In this document: positions 1 to 8,106 of the stretch, in pieces | Layout of the letters: each line of letters opens with the position of its first letter | Numbering within the stretch: position 1 is the first letter of the stretch | Assembly: GCA_016293805.1 (NCBI GenBank) | Contig: JAEDDI010000002.1 | Span: 18,653 to 82,652 of the forward strand | Origin: Bacillota bacterium | Lineage (GTDB): Bacteria > Bacillota > Clostridia > Peptostreptococcales > Anaerovoracaceae | Direction of reading: 5' to 3' | DNA length: 64,000 nt | Translations under genes and position numbers: made by a program | Notes under the pieces: model-generated | The model's input: only the letters and a program-made list of their open reading frames with translations | Told to the model about the DNA's origin: nothing | Databases searched by the model: none

Positions 1-117
1 AAGAGCAGCACCCATTCTGCGGCAGATTCTGCGAAACGGAGAATCTGTTATCCCTGCAAGGGGCGCCAGAAGAAACGGTGAATCAAGCTTGAGCCCCGCT
101 ATTTCACATTTGTGCAT
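1..117 (-). CDS. tRNA-dihydrouridine synthase, N-terminal fragment (continues off the left edge)
   Basis: Own translation from ATG at 117: MHKCEIAGLKLDSPFLLAPLAGITDSPFRRICRRMGAAL. The LAPxAGxTDxPFR segment is typical of Dus N-termini. The start overlaps the coaX stop. Not in the ORF track because it is truncated. Confidence 0.6.
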   Translation of the reverse strand, partial: MHKCEIAGLKLDSPFLLAPLAGITDSPFRRICRRMGAAL

Positions 118-914
118 TTCTTTCTTTTTTCTTTCTTGTTCTTTTCGTATATTATCTCAAGACCTTCGAGTGTGAGCATCTTGTCGACATAGTCAATACA
201 TGCTGCTCCCTTGTCTATCAGTGTAGCAAGACCGCCTGTTGCGACAACTATAGGGTCTCTGCTGCACTCTACAGTCTCTTTAAGTTCTTTCTTCATCTTG
301 TTCACTACAAACTCTACCATTCCCATATGTCCGTACACAAGTCCGGACTGCATTGACTGAATGGTGTTTCTGCATATTGTATGTCCCGGCTCTTCCAGTT
401 CAACCTTAGGCAGTTTCGATGTCTTTTCGAAAAGAGCCTCAGATGAAATCTTAAGTCCGGGTGCTATTGTTCCTCCAAGGTATTCAGCCTTTTCGGATAC
501 AGCACAGAAAGTTGTAGCTGTACCAAAATCAATTATAATCAGCGGGCCTCCGTATTTTGCATATGCCGCAACAGCGTTTACAATTCTGTCTGCCCCGACC
601 TGCTTGGGATTATCGTATTTGATTATCAGACCGGTCTTAACCCCCGCCTCGATTACTATAGCCCGTCTGTTGAAATACTTTGTTGATAAATGCTGGAGTG
701 TGAACAGCATCGAAGGTACTACTGTCGATATTATTACATCCTCGATATCCGACACAGCAAGACCTTCGTAAATAAACAGCTGATTGATTATCATGCCGTA
801 TTCATCGGCACTCTTGGATGTATCGGTCTCAAGTCTCCAGTTGGTAAGGAGCTTGCCTTCATCAAACACACCAAGAACAATATTACTGTTTCCAACGTCA
901 AATGCCAGTAGCAT
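99..914 (-). CDS. coaX: type III pantothenate kinase
   Basis: 271 aa. N-terminus MLLAFDVGNSNIVLGVF plus IIIDFGTATT and ATGG motifs of the CoaX/ASKHA fold. AAGGAGA SD upstream. Confidence 0.9.
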   Translation of the reverse strand: MLLAFDVGNSNIVLGVFDEGKLLTNWRLETDTSKSADEYGMIINQLFIYEGLAVSDIEDVIISTVVPSMLFTLQHLSTKYFNRRAIVIEAGVKTGLIIKYDNPKQVGADRIVNAVAAYAKYGGPLIIIDFGTATTFCAVSEKAEYLGGTIAPGLKISSEALFEKTSKLPKVELEEPGHTICRNTIQSMQSGLVYGHMGMVEFVVNKMKKELKETVECSRDPIVVATGGLATLIDKGAACIDYVDKMLTLEGLEIIYEKNKKEKRKKCTNVK

Positions 915-960
915 GGTTAGTCTCCTTTTGCTCTGATTGAATTTGCATATAGCCTTCTGT

Positions 961-989
961 ATTATACAGTACTTTATAATTCATGTCAA
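961..989 (-). promoter_or_regulatory. sigma-70-type promoter for coaX (TTGACA-N17-TATAAT)
   Basis: Minus strand reads TTGACA (989..984), a 17-nt spacer, then TATAAT (966..961). It lies just downstream of the preceding gene's terminator hairpin. Confidence 0.5.
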
Positions 990-1043
990 AAAAATCAGGA
1001 AGGAACCTTCCGGCCCTTCCTGTAAACTGTGCTGTATTTTAAA

Positions 1044-2345
1044 TTATTCGTAATCAGGGAATACTGATTCTGCAGCGATGTCAGTAAGTTTTTCAGTCCA
1101 TGTAACGCCTTCCTTGATTTCGATATCATATGTGATACCAAGGTCTTCAGCGTACTTAAGGTACTGAGTAACCTGTTCGTCGTTCATTTCGTCTGATGAA
1201 ATCAGTCCCTTCTGTGTAATAAGGTCGTTTACGAAAAGCTTAGTGAACATGAATGCGCCCTGTCCTGTAAGGTACATTTCACCAGTCATCTTTGCAAGTT
1301 CATATGATTCAACAAGTCCAGGTGCTGTAACGTGAAGATCAACCATTACATCCTTTCCGTCCTTCTTACCGTATGCTTCTACTACAAATGCGCCGCCGTC
1401 TGATACAAGACCTTCGTCAATGATTTCCTTGATTACTTCAGGATCCTTTGGAGCTGCAGGAGTATGAGCACGGATTACTTCGTGAGGAATAAATGTATGT
1501 CCGTTTACTGTTTCTTCTTCGTATGAAAGAAGTCCTGCTCTTGCAAGAGGTTCTGCAAATTCGATACCAACTCCGCCGTACTTGAAGTAAGCGTTCTTAC
1601 ATCCCTTGAAGTACTTGTCAGCATGGAATCCTACATATGTAGGCTCATCGTGTGAGTGCTCTACCATTCTAACAGGTTCGCCGTTTGTTTCAGGCCATGC
1701 TCTGTAGATAGGGTTTGAGAATGCAGGTGTTCTAAGGTGCTTTCCATCTTCAAATGCAAGTGCGTCTTCTGACATGTCAGCAAGTGCAACATCTGGTGAC
1801 CACCAGAAAGGAATGAATCTCTTAGCTTCAACGCCTTCGTATACCATCATGTTGATAGTATCGCATTCGTCAAGTTCCTGAACAGCTCTTCTTGCCATTA
1901 CGCACATAACTCCTGGAGCTGAACCTGTACCGATAAGTGCAGTTGCATTCTTCGCTGCAAATTCCTTACCGATAACCTTGTACATATAGTTAACTCCTGC
2001 AATCCAGCTGTGGTATTCATCAACGTCATCAACAAGTCCTTCGCATGCTGAAAGATCCTGATAGCAGATTCCAAGTTCCATAGCTGCCTTTAATACGTTT
2101 GTAAGAAGTTCAAGAGGCATAACACCTACGATAAGTTCACAGCCTTCTGCTGCCTTCTTGATTTCTTCTACCTTAGTGGCATCAACCTGCTTAGGTGTAC
2201 CCTTAGTCATAAGTCTGCATACTGCTTCAGCTGCATCCATACTGTAATCGGCACATATTACTTCTTCAATGTTAGGTTCCTGGTCGAGTTTTCTGCAGAT
2301 TGTAGAACCCTGTGCTCCGCATCCGCATACCATTACTTTCTTCAT
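1044..2345 (-). CDS. saccharopine dehydrogenase family NAD(P)-binding protein
   Basis: 433 aa. N-terminal Rossmann motif VMVCGCGAQGS and overall saccharopine/carboxynorspermidine dehydrogenase-like layout. GGAGGAAG SD. Substrate unknown. Confidence 0.65.
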   Translation of the reverse strand: MKKVMVCGCGAQGSTICRKLDQEPNIEEVICADYSMDAAEAVCRLMTKGTPKQVDATKVEEIKKAAEGCELIVGVMPLELLTNVLKAAMELGICYQDLSACEGLVDDVDEYHSWIAGVNYMYKVIGKEFAAKNATALIGTGSAPGVMCVMARRAVQELDECDTINMMVYEGVEAKRFIPFWWSPDVALADMSEDALAFEDGKHLRTPAFSNPIYRAWPETNGEPVRMVEHSHDEPTYVGFHADKYFKGCKNAYFKYGGVGIEFAEPLARAGLLSYEEETVNGHTFIPHEVIRAHTPAAPKDPEVIKEIIDEGLVSDGGAFVVEAYGKKDGKDVMVDLHVTAPGLVESYELAKMTGEMYLTGQGAFMFTKLFVNDLITQKGLISSDEMNDEQVTQYLKYAEDLGITYDIEIKEGVTWTEKLTDIAAESVFPDYE

Positions 2346-2504
2346 AAACTTCCTCCTAAAAATGATATATTATCAAAATGTTGAACGGTCTCTGTCCGGG
2401 TCAATCCCCGGTTACAGCTGAAGTTTATCCCAAAGAAAACCGGTTTGCCATAGCACTAAGGGTCCAATTTGCATCTGAACACTTACTGATACCTGGTATC
2501 AGAA

Positions 2505-2531
2505 AACAAAAAAGCCCCGAATTCGGGGCTT
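2505..2531 (-). terminator. rho-independent terminator after the biotin-carrier gene
   Basis: Palindrome AGCCCCGAATTCGGGGCT (2513..2530) followed on the minus strand by a T-run. Confidence 0.75.
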
Positions 2532-2543
2532 TAGGGACTGTGT

Positions 2544-2927
2544 CTAGATTATTGTAGCAAGTACATCATCAGTATTTACTGCCGCACCTGCTGATACCGG
2601 AATTGTATCTATAGTTCCCGCATTTGGAGCTACGATTTCATTTTCCATCTTCATTGCCTCTAATATCATGATTACATCTCCGGCGTTAACTGCCTGTCCC
2701 GGTGCAACCTTCACTTCAAGCACAGTACCAGGCATCGGTGCTGTAACCTTTGCAGCTCCTGCTGCAGGTGCAGGTGCTGCCGCTGGTGCAGGCTTTGCTG
2801 CAGGTGCAGGCGCTGCCGCAGGTGCAGGTGCTGCCGCTGGTGCAGGTGCCGCTGCAGGTGCTCCGCCCACTTCTTCAACTTCTACTGCATATGTAGTACC
2901 GTTTACAGTGATGTTATATTTCTTCAT
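2544..2927 (-). CDS. biotin carboxyl carrier subunit of a biotin-dependent (methylmalonyl-CoA/oxaloacetate) decarboxylase or transcarboxylase
   Basis: 127 aa. Biotinyl-lysine motif EAMKMENEI and a long Ala/Pro linker. Confidence 0.85.
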   Translation of the reverse strand: MKKYNITVNGTTYAVEVEEVGGAPAAAPAPAAAPAPAAAPAPAAKPAPAAAPAPAAGAAKVTAPMPGTVLEVKVAPGQAVNAGDVIMILEAMKMENEIVAPNAGTIDTIPVSAGAAVNTDDVLATII

Positions 2928-2945
2928 TTTCTGTTCTCCTTCTAT

Positions 2946-3350
2946 CTACATTCTTCTGCTTTCTATACATTCACCAAGTCCAGCACTGTTCCATGCGTTT
3001 GTCTGACCTGATACTCTTGTTATCTTTCTTACGATAATGTCCGATACGAATCTGTTTTCGGATGCGGCAATCGCTGCTGCTATCACAGCCACAAGTTCCG
3101 CATCATCTGTGGCATCAATCTGTTCCGCTTCTGCAGGCACTGCTGCAGGTGCAGGTGCATCTGCAGGCTTTTCCTTCTTTGCAGAACCGATTGTAACGCT
3201 CATTATCTTGATTACAGCCCACAGGATAATGAGGATTAAAAATGTAATTCCAAGCCCCATGCACATTGTCACTGTGGCTCCGGCAAGTCTTTCTCCCATT
3301 GTAAGGCTTCCAAATGCGCTCGGATTTGCAAACTGTTCCATTAATGACAT
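2946..3350 (-). CDS. OadG-family small membrane subunit (decarboxylase delta/gamma-like)
   Basis: One N-terminal TM helix (GLGITFLILIILWAVIKIM) followed by an Ala/Pro-rich tail. Located between the carboxyltransferase and the biotin carrier. Start refined to ATG 3350 (MSLMEQ...), preceded by a GGGAGGTG SD. Confidence 0.6.
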   Translation of the reverse strand: MSLMEQFANPSAFGSLTMGERLAGATVTMCMGLGITFLILIILWAVIKIMSVTIGSAKKEKPADAPAPAAVPAEAEQIDATDDAELVAVIAAAIAASENRFVSDIIVRKITRVSGQTNAWNSAGLGECIESRRM

Positions 3351-3364
3351 ATCCGGCACCTCCC

Positions 3365-4906
3365 TTAAAGTGGAATGTTACCGTGCTTCTTAGCAGGTAA
3401 TGATAATCTCTTTGAGCTGAGCATTTCAAAAGCGCTGATTACTCTCTGCCTTGTTGATGCAGGCTCTATTATATCATCTACATAGCCTCTCTCTGCTGCT
3501 CTGTACGGATTATTGAATTTCTCTTCGTATTCTGCAATCTTTTCCTGTCTCTTGGATATAGGGTCGTCTGCGCCTGCAATATCCTTCTTGAATACGATAT
3601 TTGCAGCACCCTCTGCGCCCATTACTGCAATCTGCGCTGTAGGCCATGCGAATACGATATCTGCTCCAAGTTCTCTGTTGCACATTCCGATATACGCGCC
3701 GCCATATGCCTTGCGAAGAACAAGTGTAACCTTTGGAACTGTAGCCTCGCAGTATGCATAAAGCATTTTTGCGCCATGTCTTATAATTCCGCCGAATTCC
3801 TGGCCTGTACCCGGAAGGAAACCGGGAACATCTTCGATTGTAAGAAGCGGAGTATTGAATGCGTCACATCTTCTGATAAATCTTGCAGCCTTGTCTGATG
3901 CGTTGATATCAAGACATCCGGCTCCAACCTTAGGCTGGTTTGCGATTACTCCTACTGTTCTTCCTGCAACTCTGATATAGCATGTGATTATATTCTTCGC
4001 ATAATGAGGCATGATGTCAAAAATCTTCCCGTCATCTGCTATTCCTTCGATAACCTTGTACATATCGTATGCCTTGTTAGGATTGTCAGGAATTATTGTC
4101 TCAAAGTCAGGAATCACCCTGTTCACATCATCTGCCGAGAATACCTCAGGCACAAGTTCCATATTGTTTGATGGCAGGTATGAAAGAAGTTCTCTTACCT
4201 GCATAAGGGCATCTCTGTCGTCCTTTGCGAAAAGATGAGCATTTCCGCTGATCTTGTTGTGTGTCATAGCTCCGCCAAGTTCTTCAGCCGATACTTCTTC
4301 TCCTGTAACAGTCTTGATTACTGCAGGTCCTGTGATGAACATCTGCGATGTCTTGTCGACCATTATGATGAAGTCTGTGATTGCCGGAGAATATACAGCT
4401 CCGCCTGCGCAAGGTCCCATGATTACAGAAATCTGAGGGATAACGCCGGATGATATTGTGTTGTTGTAGAATATTTTGCCGAATCCCGAAAGAGCGTTTA
4501 CACCTTCCTGAATTCTTGCTCCACCGGAGTCGTTAAGACCTACGATAGGACATCCCATCTTAAGTGCCATCTGCTGTACCTTAACGATTTTTTCCGCATG
4601 ATATTCACCGAGCGAACCGCCTAATACTGTGAAATCCTGAGCATATGCGTATACAAGCTTTCCGTCAACTGTACCATAGCCTGTAACAACGCCGTCACCT
4701 GTCGCTTCAACATCTGCCATTCCGAAGTTTGTGCATCTGTGTGAAACAAAAACATCGAGCTCAACAAATGACTTCTCATCAAAAAGGACTTCAAGTCTCT
4801 CTCTTGCTGTCAGTTTGCCGCTGTCGTGCTGCTTGTCGATTTTCTTCTGCCCTCCGCCAAGAGCGATTTCCGCTTTTTTCTGACGAAGTTCTTCAAGCTT
4901 ACTCAT
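3365..4906 (-). CDS. methylmalonyl-CoA carboxyltransferase / acyl-CoA carboxylase beta-type (decarboxylase alpha subunit)
   Basis: 513 aa. Typical carboxyltransferase sequence throughout (GGARIQEG, GPCAGGAVYSPA, AWPTAQIAVMG). Confidence 0.9.
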   Translation of the reverse strand: MSKLEELRQKKAEIALGGGQKKIDKQHDSGKLTARERLEVLFDEKSFVELDVFVSHRCTNFGMADVEATGDGVVTGYGTVDGKLVYAYAQDFTVLGGSLGEYHAEKIVKVQQMALKMGCPIVGLNDSGGARIQEGVNALSGFGKIFYNNTISSGVIPQISVIMGPCAGGAVYSPAITDFIIMVDKTSQMFITGPAVIKTVTGEEVSAEELGGAMTHNKISGNAHLFAKDDRDALMQVRELLSYLPSNNMELVPEVFSADDVNRVIPDFETIIPDNPNKAYDMYKVIEGIADDGKIFDIMPHYAKNIITCYIRVAGRTVGVIANQPKVGAGCLDINASDKAARFIRRCDAFNTPLLTIEDVPGFLPGTGQEFGGIIRHGAKMLYAYCEATVPKVTLVLRKAYGGAYIGMCNRELGADIVFAWPTAQIAVMGAEGAANIVFKKDIAGADDPISKRQEKIAEYEEKFNNPYRAAERGYVDDIIEPASTRQRVISAFEMLSSKRLSLPAKKHGNIPL

Positions 4907-5016
4907 ATATGTGTTCCTCCTTAGTGTATGGATTTGCTGTTGTCAGTTAATTAGTTTGTACAAAATAAATATATATCAAATGCAATAGCGATGCAATAAT
5001 TATATCGCTGTATACA

Positions 5017-6130
5017 TTATTCTTCCGGGCTGTCCGACGCCTTAAGTTTCTCGTTGATAAAGTAGTCGATATCGCCGTCCATAACGCCGTCAACATTGGA
5101 GACTTCCGCTCCTGTTCTGTGATCCTTCACCATTGTATACGGCTGAAAAACGTATGAGCGTATCTGGTTTCCCCATGTTATCTGCCCGAAATCGCCCTTA
5201 AGTTCCTTAAGATTCTCCTGGTGCTCCTTCTCTGCCAGTTCAATGAGTTTACCCTTAAGAATTTTCATAGCAGTTTCGCGGTTCTGAATCTGGCTTCTCT
5301 CGTTCTGGCATGTGACTACAATATTGGTCGGAATATGCGTTATTCTGACCGCGGAATCGGTGGTGTTTACATGCTGTCCGCCGGCACCGCTTGATCTGTA
5401 TGTATCAACTTTAATATCTTCGTCTGCTATAACAATGTTGATATCATCTTCTATTTCCGGCATCACTTCCACAGAGGCAAAGGATGTCTGGCGTTTTCCC
5501 TGTGCATTGAACGGAGATATTCTTACAAGTCTGTGAACACCATTCTCGTTTTTCAGGTATCCGTACGCATTTTCACCTTTAACTGAAATTGTGGCCGATT
5601 TGATTCCTGCTTCGGTATCATCCTGAAGATCAATCATAGATGTTCTGTAGCCCCTCTTGTCGCACCATCTGAGATACATTCTCAGAAGCATAGATGCCCA
5701 GTCCATCGCATCAACGCCGCCCGTTCCGGCATGTATTGTTACAAACGCATCATTGCTGTCATATTTTCCCGACAGAAGCAGTTCAAGTCTGAGCGATTCA
5801 ATATCCTCATCAAGCCGGCTGAACTTCTCAATCACTTCATCTGCCATCTCTTCATCCTCTTCAGATTCGGCAAGCTCAATCATAAGATGAATATCTTCAA
5901 TTCCATCCCTGAGACTGTCATATCCAGCCAGTTTCTTCTCTATTGTTTTCTTCTCACGAAGAAGTTTCTGAGCCCGGTCCTGATCAGACCAGAATTCAGG
6001 CTGCTCCGCCAGAAAGTTCATTTCATCCAGTTTATTCAAAAGACCCTCTGGGTCAAAGAGAACCTCCCGCTTCTGCAAGCTTTGCTTCTATCCTTGGTAA
6101 ATCCTGTTTTATCTGTTCTAGTTTAAGCAT
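5017..6130 (-). CDS. prfB: peptide chain release factor 2, expressed through a programmed +1 frameshift
   Basis: The track ORF 5017..6078 carries the SPF and GGQ (SGAGGQHVN) motifs. The true start is ATG 6130, giving MLKLEQIKQDLPRIEAKLAEAGGSL, then in-frame TGA at 6055..6053. Reading resumes at +1 as DPEGLL..., for about 370 aa. Confidence 0.93.
6052..6070 (-). promoter_or_regulatory. prfB autoregulatory +1 frameshift site (CTT TGA C) with upstream SD-like GGAGG
   Basis: Minus strand reads GCG GGA GGT TCT CTT TGA C. The slippery CUU-UGA-C spans 6058..6052, with an internal SD-like GGGAGG a few nt upstream. Confidence 0.9.
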
Positions 6131-6170
6131 TTCCTTTTCTCCTTTACTCAGTTATAACTTAAATATTATA

Positions 6171-6929
6171 TCATATTTTATCAGGCATTTCATCAAGTAT
6201 GTATACAAATCTGCTATCATTCGAAAGATCTTCCCTGTATCTGTATCCGAATATATTAAATCCCTTAAGCTGCTCAGGGTCCTCGACTGAATGCTCAGCC
6301 ATGTACCTGACCATACTCCCTCTTGCCATCTTGGCATATGTCGCCTTTGTCACAGGTTTCCCTTCATCATCTTCCTGTGCAAACACGCATGTAATGTATC
6401 TTGTTTTCGGCTCAAGGTATCTCTCCACGGTCATTGAATACTCTTTCGATGCAAGATTGATTATGCAGTCATCTTTAACATCCTCATAAATATCTCTTCC
6501 CCAGAATTCGTAGAGATTCGAAAACCCGCTGATTTCCATCTTAGCCTGCATTTCCAGTCTGTATGCTCTCACACCGTCAAGGGGTGCAAGCGATCCGTAA
6601 AATGCAGAAAGAATACGCAGATGATCCTGAACATACTGAAGCTGTTTTGTATCGAACACAGCAGGCCCCATGTATTTAAACGCAATCCCGTCATAGCAAA
6701 GTATCGCAGGAGTAAGATGACTGTACAGGTTCATTTCACTGATTCTGTCATAGTTTATCTGTGCAATCTGGTCGCTGCATTTCCATATTCTCTTAAGCTC
6801 ATCCGGACTTTTCATCCTCATATTTTCGAGAACGGCTTTAGCCCTGTCCATATATACCGGAACTGTAACATTATCGAAAACATCTTCATTTTCCTTCATG
6901 TTCTTTGCCGGCGAGATTATTATTTTCAA
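6171..6929 (-). CDS. yaaA: YaaA-family peroxide stress protein (UPF0246)
   Basis: 252 aa. Characteristic N-terminus MKIIISPAKNM. TTG start with an AAAGGAGAAAG SD. Confidence 0.85.
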   Translation of the reverse strand: MKIIISPAKNMKENEDVFDNVTVPVYMDRAKAVLENMRMKSPDELKRIWKCSDQIAQINYDRISEMNLYSHLTPAILCYDGIAFKYMGPAVFDTKQLQYVQDHLRILSAFYGSLAPLDGVRAYRLEMQAKMEISGFSNLYEFWGRDIYEDVKDDCIINLASKEYSMTVERYLEPKTRYITCVFAQEDDEGKPVTKATYAKMARGSMVRYMAEHSVEDPEQLKGFNIFGYRYREDLSNDSRFVYILDEMPDKI

Positions 6930-7017
6930 TTTTTTCTTTCTCCTTTAACTTGAATCCGGTTCACAATTTAGAATAATTTTAACAAATAAATTATATCAGA
7001 AACAGGAGGCGAATAAA

Positions 7018-8076
7018 ATGGCAGCATACAAGGACAAGGAGAGAAATACATGGTTCTGTAAATTCACATACATTGACAGAATGGGTAACAGAAAACAGAA
7101 AAAGAAGAGGGGGTTCAAGCGAAAAAGAGACGCTCTCCAGTGGGAAAGAGAGTTTCTGACATCATCGGGTTTAGAATGTCCCGAGACATTCAGGGACCTG
7201 GTAAATTACTATATGGATGATATTTCAGTCAGATGCAGGGAGTCAACAATAGAGACTAAAAAATATGTAATAGACACAAAACTGATTCCATTTTTCGGAA
7301 ACAGAAAGGTCGAGGAAATCACACCTGCAATGGTTCGCACATGGCAGGCTGCTATGATACGACTCAATTACAAACCGACTTATCTCAGATTTATGCATAC
7401 CCAGCTCTCATCCATACTCAACTATGCTGTAATATACTACGGACTTAAAGACAATCCGTGTGTCAAAGCAGGTGCAATAGGAAAAGCAAAGCCGAGAGAA
7501 ATGGATTTCTGGACAGAAGACGAATACCGGACATTTATCTCAGCGGTACCCGATGGCAGCAAATACAAATATATATTTGAGATTCTTTACTGGTCGGGAA
7601 TACGTGAGGGCGAACTTCAGGCCCTTACGAAAGAGGACATAGATCTTGACAGAAAAACGATTTCAATAACAAAAACATATGTGAAAATAAGAAACGGTAT
7701 TGAACTTATAAATCCTCCAAAGACTGAGGGCAGCAGAAGAAAAGTGTTCATTCCGGATTTTCTGTGTGCGGAGCTTCGTCCTTTTCTTGACAGCAGGCAG
7801 CCTGGCGAAAGGCTGTTTCAGGCACCCAGAACCAGCATCAGAAACGCACTCATACGGTACAGTGAAAAAGCAGGAACAAAAGCTATACGGGTACACGATC
7901 TCAGACATTCACATGCATCGCTTCTTATAAACATGGGGCTGTCTCCCAAAGTGATTGCCCAGAGACTTGGTCATGAAAACATCCAGACCACTCTTAATAT
8001 CTATTCCCATCTTTACCCTTCCGCACAGGAAGAGGTTGCGGATATGCTTCAGAACCTGTACGAAGCTTCAAAATAG
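7018..8076 (+). CDS. tyrosine-type site-specific integrase (phage/ICE family)
   Basis: 352 aa. Basic arm-binding N-terminus (KDKERNTWFCKF...). Catalytic residues are intact: GIREGEL (Arg), HDLRHSHAS (HxxR), LGHENIQTTLNIYSH (His...Tyr). Confidence 0.85.
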   Translation: MAAYKDKERNTWFCKFTYIDRMGNRKQKKKRGFKRKRDALQWEREFLTSSGLECPETFRDLVNYYMDDISVRCRESTIETKKYVIDTKLIPFFGNRKVEEITPAMVRTWQAAMIRLNYKPTYLRFMHTQLSSILNYAVIYYGLKDNPCVKAGAIGKAKPREMDFWTEDEYRTFISAVPDGSKYKYIFEILYWSGIREGELQALTKEDIDLDRKTISITKTYVKIRNGIELINPPKTEGSRRKVFIPDFLCAELRPFLDSRQPGERLFQAPRTSIRNALIRYSEKAGTKAIRVHDLRHSHASLLINMGLSPKVIAQRLGHENIQTTLNIYSHLYPSAQEEVADMLQNLYEASK

Positions 8077-8083
8077 CATAAGA

Positions 8084-8106
8084 GGGCATCACTGTGATGC
8101 CCTTTT
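8084..8106 (+). terminator. hairpin terminator between the convergent integrase and S8 peptidase genes
   Basis: GGGCATCA (8084..8091), loop CTG, TGATGCCC (8095..8102), then TTTT. Confidence 0.6.

Noticed and set aside
2346-2508. Possible riboswitch in the 198-nt leader of the saccharopine-dehydrogenase-like gene
   Set aside because: It contains small hairpins (CCGGGGATTGACCCGG, TGATACCTGGTATCA). I could not recognise lysine (L-box) or any other riboswitch core, and there is no terminator/antiterminator pair.
2740-2870. GC-rich short tandem repeats (GCTGCCGCTGGTGCAGGT-like units)
   Set aside because: They encode the (Ala-Pro)n flexible linker of the biotin carrier protein. They lie inside a clear CDS and are not a CRISPR or other non-coding repeat array.
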